A DNA stretch of 64,000 bases. Origin: a virus. A program made the translations under genes and the position numbers. Position 1 is the first letter of the stretch. Each line of letters starts with the position of its first letter. The notes under the pieces are model-generated. The model ran no database searches. It saw only the letters and a program-made list of their open reading frames with translations, and was not told where the DNA came from. Shown here piece after piece: positions 47,495 to 57,030 of this stretch. The DNA lies in the IMG/VR virus record IMGVR_UViG_3300032163_000008, positions 15,205-79,204 of that record; one strand, written 5' to 3'.

Positions 47495-48203
47495 AGTAGA
47501 TGACAACGAACTTCTTAAAAAGGTTTACAGCAACGTAAAATTAGCACATAGAGACATATACAATACTACGATTGCGTATCTAAGTGACTCGCAATTTCAG
47601 TACATATTCGATCTAGTGGTATCCGTAGGAGATCTCAAGAAATCATACGTGGTTGTAGTCAATAACGAAGCCAATATTCAAAAGCTTAAGAACTTTCTTG
47701 TGTCAAAAGGAGTTCCCAGTAGCTTCATATTTAGGCAATATGATGCAGCAATAGTATATGTCTTGAGAATGGTTATAACGGATGGGGTAGTTAGTGGGAT
47801 AGAACCAGTGTATCTACAAGGGCACCTACCCGATGGATTTACTCTTGAGTATCTGTCAACTTTCACACCAGACATTCACCCACCTTTTGAAGGTGTTGCT
47901 TGGGTAGAGGGTGATGATACCTTCGGATACCAGTTCACAAACACAGCTTTCTTTGACTCTGTTCAAGCCAGCCATGGTACAGTATATGATAAATTCATGG
48001 CCACGTATCCCGGACTAGACCTGACGAGACTCTACGGAGTACTGGATGCAGGCGTCCTTAAGTTCTATTATTACACAGCTTATAGAGAGCCTACCGACAT
48101 ATCAAATGGGTATTACACGAAGGCAGTTTATGATGAGACCACCGACGCTTTTATTATTCACGAATATACCGGGTATTATAACGAGAAAAAAGTCATAGGC
48201 TAG
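47475..48203 (+). CDS. Hypothetical protein overlapping the rSAM gene
   Basis: 242-aa ORF with 20-nt overlap. Confidence 0.65.
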   Translation: MTETIYKVDDNELLKKVYSNVKLAHRDIYNTTIAYLSDSQFQYIFDLVVSVGDLKKSYVVVVNNEANIQKLKNFLVSKGVPSSFIFRQYDAAIVYVLRMVITDGVVSGIEPVYLQGHLPDGFTLEYLSTFTPDIHPPFEGVAWVEGDDTFGYQFTNTAFFDSVQASHGTVYDKFMATYPGLDLTRLYGVLDAGVLKFYYYTAYREPTDISNGYYTKAVYDETTDAFIIHEYTGYYNEKKVIG

Positions 48204-48216
48204 CAGCACTTACTCC

Positions 48217-48224
48217 TATAATTA
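48217..48224 (+). promoter_or_regulatory. TATAATTA putative late promoter
   Basis: Exact octamer in the intergenic region. Confidence 0.6.
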
Positions 48225-48258
48225 AACTAAAGCATTTTAATTACGCATAGGAGTACTA

Positions 48259-49056
48259 ATGGCATCGGTATTTACGTGGTTTTGGGGGGTTCTTCTAACT
48301 CTTGCGTCTCATGCCCCTGCCATACTCATATTACTACTATTTTTAGCGCTCGTTATTGCGAGCTTTTATGCCTATCACACTCTATTCGTAGCTCCTGCTT
48401 TCACGGCCACACTCAGGACTATCCAGGATAAATTCCTACTAGGGATCTCCCAAGTAACTGGTGGAATTGAGTCAGTAGAAAACACGGTAAAGGCTTATAA
48501 AGATAACGAGGACATAAAGCACAATCAAATAGAGACTAAGATGGAAGAGATTCATGTGGGTATACGTGCTAATAATGAGCAGTTACTAATTATAAAGGAT
48601 GACATGAACACGTACAAAATAGTTAACCACGAGGTGCTTAGTGATGAGTTGGATAAGATAGGCGCGGTGGTATACTACTCCTCAACAGCCGCTACAAACA
48701 TTTTATCAGAGGCCCTTATCAGCTTCAGAGATCATCCAGAGAGAGTAGTCATAAGTAACGACCAGTTACTCCATGACATTACAAAGGATGTTCAGAAGGA
48801 TCGATTAAAATATCACACACAGCTGGTAACCCAAGGGGTATCTCCTAGAACTGTACAGTTATGGGAAGAGACCGAGGGGGAAATGTTCGAGAGATTTGCT
48901 TTTTGGATAATACAGTTCTACGAGAGATTCCAGACAATGAGGGGTAATGGCACGGTTACCGAGCTTATCAAGACGGAAGCAAACACATTAAAGGATAGAT
49001 TCTTTAGGGAATTTATGACGACCTTTAAGGGTAAGCTCTCGATCATAAAATCTTAA
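48259..49056 (+). CDS. N-terminally membrane-anchored coiled-coil protein (possibly lysis-related)
   Basis: Hydrophobic N-terminus; AGGAG SD. Confidence 0.6.
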   Translation: MASVFTWFWGVLLTLASHAPAILILLLFLALVIASFYAYHTLFVAPAFTATLRTIQDKFLLGISQVTGGIESVENTVKAYKDNEDIKHNQIETKMEEIHVGIRANNEQLLIIKDDMNTYKIVNHEVLSDELDKIGAVVYYSSTAATNILSEALISFRDHPERVVISNDQLLHDITKDVQKDRLKYHTQLVTQGVSPRTVQLWEETEGEMFERFAFWIIQFYERFQTMRGNGTVTELIKTEANTLKDRFFREFMTTFKGKLSIIKS

Positions 49057-49073
49057 TATAGAGGTATATTGGA

Positions 49074-49760
49074 ATGGTTTTAGGCATAGTAAATTTAGTG
49101 CTTCTTGTTCTCTTAACGGGGATGTTCGCGTACTTTCTAAAAGTGTTCAACAAAAACAACGTCAAAGTTAAAGACTGCGTGGATGGCGTACAGAAGACTC
49201 TAGTAAATCATATCAGGGATGAGGAGGGAGCCTTCTCTGCAGTTACAAAAACTCTAGTAGGACTGGTTAATCAAACCAATACTCTTCACGGCAAGGTAGA
49301 AGAGTTCAGCGCCGCCCTCGCTGCCGCCTTTATCAAAAAGGCTGACGTGTATGAGGAAGAGTGGGCTGAAGTTAAGGAGAGGCTTTTCGCAACTGCTGAT
49401 GAGGCTTTTAATGGAGCTCTGGCAGCATGCGGTAATTGTGTGGGAAAATGTGGCTTCGTTGATAGGTTCCTGGAGATTGTAGCTAAGAGAAGAGCCGAGT
49501 CTTTCCGCATCTGGGAAGTAGAGGCTATTCCTCAAGCCGTATTAAAGGTGGTAGAGCAGATAGATAAAGAGCTATACCCTAGAGTAATAGATATATACCT
49601 TCCCGATATTCTCAGCATCTGTGTAGACCGCAGAGCTGGTCTTGAAAAACGCAAAGCATTAGTACAAGAAAAGGTACTAAAGTATAAAGAGCAAGTGAAG
49701 ATGGATTGGGAAGAGGCTATTCTAAAACGGCTACACTTCCAAGACGCCCCTAAGCTTTAA
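49074..49760 (+). CDS. N-terminally membrane-anchored helical protein
   Basis: Single TM; CGNCVGKC motif. Confidence 0.6.
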   Translation: MVLGIVNLVLLVLLTGMFAYFLKVFNKNNVKVKDCVDGVQKTLVNHIRDEEGAFSAVTKTLVGLVNQTNTLHGKVEEFSAALAAAFIKKADVYEEEWAEVKERLFATADEAFNGALAACGNCVGKCGFVDRFLEIVAKRRAESFRIWEVEAIPQAVLKVVEQIDKELYPRVIDIYLPDILSICVDRRAGLEKRKALVQEKVLKYKEQVKMDWEEAILKRLHFQDAPKL

Positions 49761-49783
49761 TAATTTTTTAATCGGAGGTTTTT

Positions 49784-50182
49784 ATGACGCTAGAGGAATT
49801 CGTTGAGCGAAGAGTGTTTTTATATGATACGGATAGCACAGGCATTGTTTATCACTCCAGATATTTGGAATGGTTTGAGGAGGTTAGGCTGGTATTACTT
49901 GAGCGAGAGTATAAGCCAATGCTTAGGATGATCTCAGAGGATCACATCACGTTCGTTCCCGTTGAATGTGATCTTCAGTTCAAGCGTCCGACGATGTTTG
50001 AGGATCGTGTTACTATAGAAGTAAAGGTGAAAGCAGCTAGTAAGATAGCTATTGACACAAAATATACGATCATTAAAGAAGGAAAAGTAGCAGTTACAGC
50101 GAGCATGAAACTTGTATGTGTCAGCACCAAAACAGGCCGACCAGTTAAGATTCCTGCACCGTTAATGAATATTCTGAAGTAG
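49784..50182 (+). CDS. YbgC/FadM (4HBT-like) hotdog acyl-CoA thioesterase
   Basis: DTDSTGIVYHSRYLEWFEEVR ... LVCVS...GRPVKIP. Confidence 0.88.
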   Translation: MTLEEFVERRVFLYDTDSTGIVYHSRYLEWFEEVRLVLLEREYKPMLRMISEDHITFVPVECDLQFKRPTMFEDRVTIEVKVKAASKIAIDTKYTIIKEGKVAVTASMKLVCVSTKTGRPVKIPAPLMNILK

Positions 50183-50203
50183 AGCTTACTTAAGGAGGCT
50201 CCC

Positions 50204-50500
50204 ATGGACAATAAGTGGATCTTACCTATAGTTTTGACGTCACTTATAGCTTGGGGAACCTTTATAACTAGTCAAGTGTATGATATGCGTGCAAAGATGG
50301 ATTCAAATTATCGGGAAGTAAGTCGGATTCAAGATGAGTTAAAGAGTCTGAAGAACGAGTTTAATGGCATAATGATAGAGATAGCTCACTCCTCAGTGAA
50401 GGCTAGAATTAAAGGAAATAAGGGGCTCAACAGTGAAGATCCAAACCAACATAATTATTGCTTGTATTATATTTCTTCTAGGAGGCTTTCTAGGGTATAA
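50204..50500 (+). CDS. Small TM + coiled-coil protein (holin-like?)
   Basis: AAGGAGG SD; one TM segment. Confidence 0.5.
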   Translation: MDNKWILPIVLTSLIAWGTFITSQVYDMRAKMDSNYREVSRIQDELKSLKNEFNGIMIEIAHSSVKARIKGNKGLNSEDPNQHNYCLYYISSRRLSRV

Positions 50501-51002
50501 AATAGGCAGTGTAACACATCCAGTAAAGCCTGGAGTAGTAGACGTTAAACCGGTGGTTACAATAGTTACTCAGAATGTTGAAGTTCCAGTATGGAGGACT
50601 AGGTATATCACAAAAGTAGTTACTGTGAATAACTCCACCACTACTACGATAGTAATCACCACTCAGAATGCTGTGGAAGTAGCCACAAATTACCAGAGAG
50701 ATGTTATCCACTTTGAGAACGACACTCTGAATGTAACCATAGCCCCCTATGAGATAGTAGGAGGCATTCCACCTAAGACTATAAGTATGGACGCTAGCCT
50801 GTATGACCGAAGTTGGAAGATGCAAATTCATAATGCCTATACTATCAAGCAGAAGCCTAAATTAGATGACTTCCCTCTAGTCGTGGACTTTGCTTACAGT
50901 GTAAACTTATCGAAGATGTCAGTAGGTTTATCTAAGTACATACTTACAATACCCCTAATTAACACTCCGGTATATCTTGGCCTATCCTACACACTGAACT
51001 AA
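50433..51002 (+). CDS. Membrane-anchored protein with C-terminal beta-strands (spanin-like candidate)
   Basis: N-terminal TM; ends PVYLGLSYTLN. Confidence 0.5.
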   Translation: MKIQTNIIIACIIFLLGGFLGYKIGSVTHPVKPGVVDVKPVVTIVTQNVEVPVWRTRYITKVVTVNNSTTTTIVITTQNAVEVATNYQRDVIHFENDTLNVTIAPYEIVGGIPPKTISMDASLYDRSWKMQIHNAYTIKQKPKLDDFPLVVDFAYSVNLSKMSVGLSKYILTIPLINTPVYLGLSYTLN

Positions 51003-51021
51003 GGGCGATAATTGAAATAGC

Positions 51022-51525
51022 ATGGAAAACTTTCAAAAGGGCAGCACAGTACATTTACAGCTTTACTTAGAGGATGCAGAAGGCAACCCAATTCATGGAG
51101 CAACCTGTATAGCTAATCTGTATCGGAACAGTGATAACGCTTATTATGATTATGGCGACAATACTTTTGGAGCCGGTGTTTTCAAGGATATTCCCCTATT
51201 TGAATTTAATGACACCGGTATATATCGGTATGACTTCAACCAAACCCACGATGAGGGTGGCGTTCAAAGAGACTACACAGTTCAATATAAGGTATCGGCT
51301 CCCTTCGTAAGTGCATCTATCGATACACTGCAGTTCTCCGATGTAGATAACATTGAAGTAAAGGGAGCGGGTTGGGATCTAGCCGCAACAAAACCTTCTC
51401 TAATGAAGATAGCAAATAAGGATGGAAGTAGCACATTTGATGCGACTACCGACTCCTTAGAGATACTATCAACAAAGGTGGACGGCATTCTATCCAACAC
51501 AACCTATCAAGTAACGGGAGTATAG
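51022..51525 (+). CDS. Putative virion structural protein
   Basis: Beta-rich ORF heading the neck operon. Confidence 0.55.
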   Translation: MENFQKGSTVHLQLYLEDAEGNPIHGATCIANLYRNSDNAYYDYGDNTFGAGVFKDIPLFEFNDTGIYRYDFNQTHDEGGVQRDYTVQYKVSAPFVSASIDTLQFSDVDNIEVKGAGWDLAATKPSLMKIANKDGSSTFDATTDSLEILSTKVDGILSNTTYQVTGV

Positions 51526-51526
51526 C

Positions 51527-52609
51527 GTGGCAAATTCCACCAGATCAGCAGCAACTATAAACACGAATATAGTTTTAGGAACTCTGTTCTTTAAGTTGGG
51601 GCAGAGATTCGATCCCTATAGCGTAGACCGAGTAGACCTCGTTGACAGTCAGACAAACCTTGTAATTGAGTCAATTCCCGCTGTGGATATTCGACGAATC
51701 AGCGTGGGCTACTACGAGATTACTACAAGCTCTATCTGGAATACACATCCTCAGACGGTACTAGATACTTGGTACTTTACTCCAGAGAATCCAGGACCTC
51801 AGAACTCAGCAGCAGAGACCGTTGTTATTCGTATAGGTTCCCCAACAAATGCAGTTACAGTAGATGATCTAAGAAATAAATTTCTTAAGGGTATGGACCT
51901 CACAGACACTAGTGGAGAAGACATAGATGACACAACTCTAGAGAAGTTTATCGCTGTTGCCGTTAAGACGGTAGAGCGCGAGCTTCATATTGACATCAAC
52001 CCCAGAGTTGTTATATGTACTCCAGCAGCGGGTGAGGTCTTTGACGTTGAAGAGCCTAATTATGATTATGAGCTTAACGATTATTGGAAGTGGGGCTTTA
52101 TGAAGCTCTATAGAATGCCAGTACAAAAAGTAGATAAGATGGAGTTAATCTATCCTACGGGACAGAAAATCATGGACATTCCGACTCCATGGATCAAATT
52201 GAGAAAAGACCACGGACAAATCAACCTAGTTCCTACCGCTGGTACATTATCACAAGTCATGTTAGGCACTGGATACTATCTACCAATGCTTTCTGCAGGT
52301 ATCTTGGGAGACCTACCATCCATGTTTCGTATACATTATACAACAGGCTTCAAGATGATTCCTGACGATATTTGGGATGCAATAGGCAAAGTAGCAGCTA
52401 TCGAGATCCTCATAATTCTGGATGCCAATGCACAAGGCTTATCAAGCAGCTCCATATCTGCGGACGGCTTAAACATAAGTTACAGCCGCACAAACAGTCC
52501 ATCACAAATACTTTATCAAGCAAGAATTGATATGTATGGTAAGCAGCTAGAGGAGTTTTATCAAGATGCTTATCGTTACTACCATGGTGCTAATCTGACG
52601 GTGGCTTAA
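51527..52609 (+). CDS. Head-tail adaptor/neck protein
   Basis: A...VE.EL.IDI.P, G++.LY..P, SS.S.S.DG motifs; synteny. Confidence 0.7.
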   Translation: MANSTRSAATINTNIVLGTLFFKLGQRFDPYSVDRVDLVDSQTNLVIESIPAVDIRRISVGYYEITTSSIWNTHPQTVLDTWYFTPENPGPQNSAAETVVIRIGSPTNAVTVDDLRNKFLKGMDLTDTSGEDIDDTTLEKFIAVAVKTVERELHIDINPRVVICTPAAGEVFDVEEPNYDYELNDYWKWGFMKLYRMPVQKVDKMELIYPTGQKIMDIPTPWIKLRKDHGQINLVPTAGTLSQVMLGTGYYLPMLSAGILGDLPSMFRIHYTTGFKMIPDDIWDAIGKVAAIEILIILDANAQGLSSSSISADGLNISYSRTNSPSQILYQARIDMYGKQLEEFYQDAYRYYHGANLTVA

Positions 52610-52611
52610 TA

Positions 52612-53784
52612 ATGCTTCCCTCAACAAACATATATTCGACAATAAAGTTTGATACCACTAAGTTCATGCAACTTATTGAGGCACAAGGCTATCTATTTAA
52701 GTGGGAGCGAGCTACTAGATGCACCTGCATTACTAGAGATGTGATCAACGCAGACAGCTTGGCCTTTACAACTGTAAACGTGGTTGACTTTGACTATAAG
52801 TGCCCCGTATGTAAGGGCAGAGGCTACAACTATACAGCTCCTTCAAATAACAAAGTATATGAGGAGAAGGCAGTAGTCCTTTCTGCAAACAAGATCCGAG
52901 TTAAGCACACTCCTACTAAGATCATTAGGATATTTAGAAAGAAGACTGGAGATGAGTATACTGTAAGTAGTATTTCAGGGAATGACATAACACTAAACGA
53001 AAACACATTGAGCTCTAGCTTCGGCATATACGTCAGCTATGAGTGCACCCTTTTAAACTCATCAGTAGAGGTAGTAAAGCCTCTAGTTGAGCATAATGAC
53101 CAGATACGAGTAGCACACAAATACATAGATAACGTAATTAGTATCATTGACACAACGGCACAGCCTAATGTGGCCCTAACTCATCTCTACTTCACAGACA
53201 CCCTAATAAAGCTATCAGATGTAGTAGATCCTAGCCATAGCATCTCAGTGACATACCAGTACATGGAGCCCATCAGAGCTATTATGACAAGTCTAACTGA
53301 GCAGAAGAGATACTTGGGTATCGGTGCGGTTCAGGACGGAGACATGCAAATTACATTCAGTCCGGCATTTGACATAGGAGAGCGTGATAGGATTACTCTT
53401 TTAGATAATGAGGTAGTAACGCGTGAAAACGAGCTGTTACAGAGGGATGTAGTAGACTTTCTAAAATATGACACAGTAGTCAATATTATAGACGTTAGTG
53501 ATAGATACAACAAGTATGTTGAGGGCGTAGATTATATATTTGACAATGTGCGGGGCATTACTTGGCTTCCTGATCCAAATGTTCCAGGTACCTTCCGAGG
53601 TCCAGAGCGACAGGAGATGTACAGCGTCACCTATAACGCACGAAGAGAGTATATAATTTGGAGAGAGATAGCTCAGGAGAGATTCCATGGGCAGGTCATT
53701 CTTCCTAGACGCATGGCAGCTAGAAGAATTGAGCGGTACAACTTCTTGCAAGACTCAAGCTTTCCTTTGGCGGTAGAAAACTAA
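52612..53784 (+). CDS. Neck/head-closure protein with CxC...CxxCxGxG and inserted domains
   Basis: WERATRCTC...CPVCKGRG; DRITL; LPRR. Confidence 0.7.
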   Translation: MLPSTNIYSTIKFDTTKFMQLIEAQGYLFKWERATRCTCITRDVINADSLAFTTVNVVDFDYKCPVCKGRGYNYTAPSNNKVYEEKAVVLSANKIRVKHTPTKIIRIFRKKTGDEYTVSSISGNDITLNENTLSSSFGIYVSYECTLLNSSVEVVKPLVEHNDQIRVAHKYIDNVISIIDTTAQPNVALTHLYFTDTLIKLSDVVDPSHSISVTYQYMEPIRAIMTSLTEQKRYLGIGAVQDGDMQITFSPAFDIGERDRITLLDNEVVTRENELLQRDVVDFLKYDTVVNIIDVSDRYNKYVEGVDYIFDNVRGITWLPDPNVPGTFRGPERQEMYSVTYNARREYIIWREIAQERFHGQVILPRRMAARRIERYNFLQDSSFPLAVEN

Positions 53785-54659
53785 TGGTAGTATTTAAGAA
53801 CTATGACTATTCCTTCCTTGACACCAAGGATGCTTTGCGTAAGCTACTTACAGATGGCTTTACTGAGCTCGCTGTTCTTGCTCCCTCTGATTACAAAGTA
53901 AACGTATTCACTAGAGATCCTGTCATTGACGGGGGTTCTCCAGGATCCGGTACTGAAATTCCTTGCGTTACCATATTTAGAACAACCACAGCTGAAACCG
54001 ATCAGTTTATCGGAGAAGTAATTGACGTAGGTGAAACAGGGAACAACCAGACAGGTAGGTTTTTTAATGAGGCCTACGAGTTAAGAGTCTGGGCAAGCAC
54101 CGCAGAGATGCGTGATGACATAAGCTACGGACTTATGAAGATCTTTATGGTGGGTAAAACGGAGTACTTAGAAAACCAGGGGGTTTATCTGGTTAGACTA
54201 GAAAATGGTCAGGACGGCCAAGATCACACAATGCTTCCTGGTGGCAAAGCTCTGTTCTTTGGTATATTTAACATCAGTCTGATCAACAGCTTCATTATTG
54301 AGAGTAGAGTAATGCCTCCTATTATTGATGAAATCAATCTTACGGAGACCGAGTACTACGCAAACGTAAATACGAAGGAGTTTGAAGGAGAGGCTGTCAG
54401 TTATGATACACTAGCTGATTTCCCTGTAGTGGGTGTGCTTCATACCCTATATCTTACTAAAGACACCGGCCTAGTTTACTTGTGGACAGGTGATAAGTTT
54501 GTGCTATCAGGAGGCCTCAATGGCCTTCACACCACTAAATATCCAGATCTAGCTAGCTTCCCTGCTGTGGGTAACACTGTTACACTATACTTAGCAGAGG
54601 ATACAGGCAGAGCATATTTGTGGGTTAACAATGCATACTTACTTTCGGGTTACGGGTAG
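53784..54659 (+). CDS. Tail terminator/completion-like protein with two C-terminal repeats
   Basis: Position before the sheath; two Y..LA.FP.VG...TLYL..DTG..YLW units. Confidence 0.55.
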   Translation: MVVFKNYDYSFLDTKDALRKLLTDGFTELAVLAPSDYKVNVFTRDPVIDGGSPGSGTEIPCVTIFRTTTAETDQFIGEVIDVGETGNNQTGRFFNEAYELRVWASTAEMRDDISYGLMKIFMVGKTEYLENQGVYLVRLENGQDGQDHTMLPGGKALFFGIFNISLINSFIIESRVMPPIIDEINLTETEYYANVNTKEFEGEAVSYDTLADFPVVGVLHTLYLTKDTGLVYLWTGDKFVLSGGLNGLHTTKYPDLASFPAVGNTVTLYLAEDTGRAYLWVNNAYLLSGYG

Positions 54660-54676
54660 TGATTAGTTTATTGGTG

Positions 54677-54684
54677 TATAATTA
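54677..54684 (+). promoter_or_regulatory. TATAATTA putative late promoter for sheath-tube operon
   Basis: Exact octamer. Confidence 0.6.
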
Positions 54685-54696
54685 AATAGAATTAAC

Positions 54697-54960
54697 ATGG
54701 CCAAAAAGGACGAAAACATTAATACGGAAATTCAAGAAGAGGTTGCAGTTGTAACCCCTCCTGTAGAGAATACAGGTCGTTATATGACCGCTGTTGATTA
54801 CGCCATGGCTTACAGTTATGGCATGGGTATTGCAGGCGCCGTAAAAACGCTTGACCATACTTACAATTTTCGCCTATATGAATCCGATTGGGAAAAAATC
54901 TTCTCGGCATATATGGATAAACCATCGGATGTTGCATGGAAAGATTATTACAAAGGTTAA
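54697..54960 (+). CDS. Small protein upstream of sheath
   Basis: Syntenic small ORF. Confidence 0.6.
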   Translation: MAKKDENINTEIQEEVAVVTPPVENTGRYMTAVDYAMAYSYGMGIAGAVKTLDHTYNFRLYESDWEKIFSAYMDKPSDVAWKDYYKG

Positions 54961-54975
54961 TAGGAGGAAAGAAGG

Positions 54976-57015
54976 ATGTCAATATTTTTTAACGGTAAGA
55001 GATTAGTTAAGCCACAGGCGGCATCAAAAATTGATATTTCGAATCTTTCTAGTGTAGACGCTGGAGCAACTCGAAACATCTATTTAATTGGGCAAGCCAC
55101 AGGTGGTGTTCCTGGAGTTATACAGACTTTCAATGATCCTTCAGTAGCTAACGCGGTTCTTCGTGGTGGTGACCTTCTTAAAGCAGTAGGTATCGCCTGG
55201 TCCCCTTCCCCTAACCAAAATGGTGCATCAGTTATCAAAGCAATCAGAATTAACGCTGCTACCCAGTCAGTAGATACAGCAAGCAGCACAGGTTTAACAG
55301 TTACAACTAAAGACTATGGCATCTACACAAAAAGTATACAATATCAAGTGACAACAGCAACGGCAGATAGAGTTGACTATGACAACATAGGGGAATCAGT
55401 TCCCATTGATGGTGTTAGAATTGATGGAGTAAGTGATGGAGCTTCTTCTTCTGGAACCCTGCAATTCACGTTCTCGGGAACAACCTCGGGAACAACTCTA
55501 GCATGGGCTAGTGGTCCTGCAGTAGACGTACATCTAGGTGGATCTTTTACTCTCTACGCTTCAGGCTCATCAACAAACTATCTTACAGTAACAGTTACTG
55601 AGGCTAATTTAGCTACAGCAGATAAGACCGACGTAGTAACGATCGTTCCAAATGGAGTTAAATGGTTTAGCCAGTACACTCCTACAGGTGCGTGGGAATC
55701 ACAAGAAAATTTGGGTCCAGCTTTTACAGTTAGATATACTGGTAATGCTGCAACTTGTAAGGTTACAGTGACAGTGCCGGCTGGGGCAGCTACGACTTTC
55801 GCAGTCACATCCGCTACAACAACCGAATCGTTCTCATTAAGTCTGTCTGACTCAAGATTCACAACAGTCTCTCAGTTAGTTAATTACCTTAATGGGACTG
55901 GTTACCTTTACGCAGAAGTCTCTCCGTACCTTAGGAACCAACAACTAAGTACAGCATATATAAATGCCGTTGATAAGTTCATACGCGTCGCAGCTAAACA
56001 AGACCGTAATCTTACGATCACAGCTAAAGCTGGAGCAATTATTGATTGGGCATTAAATGAATCACAATTTCTTACGGTAGCTCAAACAACTCCTGGTGCG
56101 GAGCTCACAACAATTATTCCAATGGCCAATGTTTCAACAGCATGGACAACTCCTGGTGCAGAGGGTAGTAACACAGCAACACAATGGACAGCAGCTCTCA
56201 CGCTTCTGGAAAATGAAGATGCCGATATTATTGTTCCTCTAACTGCTGACACTTCTCTTATGGCTCTTGTATCCTCTCACGTAGAGAATATGAGTGTAAC
56301 AAAGAGAGAGCGCAGAGCTTATTATGGAACAGCTCTTGGATACACAAAACAACAAATAAAAGCCTTGGCTTCAACAACAAACAGCCGTAGAGCTCTTCTA
56401 GTTACTCCTGGTGTTCAGTTAAGAGAGTTCGACGGAACAGTCACAACTTATCCTTCCTATATAGCTGCTGCTGCAGTAGCAGGGATAATGGCTGGATTTG
56501 ATAACGTAGCTGAGCCTGCAACATACAAACTTCTCAACATAGTGGGTATGGAAAAGACTTGGAGTCCTACAGATATCGACGAGCTTCTCGATGCTGGTGT
56601 TGCGCCACTTGAGTATGCTAGAAACCTTGGATGGAGAATCTGTCAGGGCAGAACTACTTACACGAAAGACAATAATGTTGTTAACGTAGAAGACAGTGTA
56701 TCAGCTGTAGCTGACTATGTATCAAAGGATCTAAGAACTTACTTAGAGAATCGGTTCATCGGTCAAAAAGCTACTACATCTTCAATCAGCTCGATTGAAA
56801 GTGCGGTTGTAAGTAAATTGAAGGATTATGAGAGATCAGGAATCATCACTGGTGGTATCGATCCTACAACAGGAACTCCAGTAATGGCATATAGAAACAT
56901 CAATATCAGCTTCAGTAACAGAACCTGTATTGTAACTTACGAAATTAGCCCAGTTGAGCCGATCAACTACATTACAATTACGGCGGTATTCAAACCAGCC
57001 ACGATTGTGGTTTAA
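54976..57015 (+). CDS. Contractile tail sheath protein
   Basis: IGQATGGVP, LRGGDLL.A...AW.P, DYG, EPATYK, FIGQK, PVEPINYI. Confidence 0.92.
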   Translation: MSIFFNGKRLVKPQAASKIDISNLSSVDAGATRNIYLIGQATGGVPGVIQTFNDPSVANAVLRGGDLLKAVGIAWSPSPNQNGASVIKAIRINAATQSVDTASSTGLTVTTKDYGIYTKSIQYQVTTATADRVDYDNIGESVPIDGVRIDGVSDGASSSGTLQFTFSGTTSGTTLAWASGPAVDVHLGGSFTLYASGSSTNYLTVTVTEANLATADKTDVVTIVPNGVKWFSQYTPTGAWESQENLGPAFTVRYTGNAATCKVTVTVPAGAATTFAVTSATTTESFSLSLSDSRFTTVSQLVNYLNGTGYLYAEVSPYLRNQQLSTAYINAVDKFIRVAAKQDRNLTITAKAGAIIDWALNESQFLTVAQTTPGAELTTIIPMANVSTAWTTPGAEGSNTATQWTAALTLLENEDADIIVPLTADTSLMALVSSHVENMSVTKRERRAYYGTALGYTKQQIKALASTTNSRRALLVTPGVQLREFDGTVTTYPSYIAAAAVAGIMAGFDNVAEPATYKLLNIVGMEKTWSPTDIDELLDAGVAPLEYARNLGWRICQGRTTYTKDNNVVNVEDSVSAVADYVSKDLRTYLENRFIGQKATTSSISSIESAVVSKLKDYERSGIITGGIDPTTGTPVMAYRNINISFSNRTCIVTYEISPVEPINYITITAVFKPATIVV

Positions 57016-57030
57016 TAAAGGAGGATAGGA

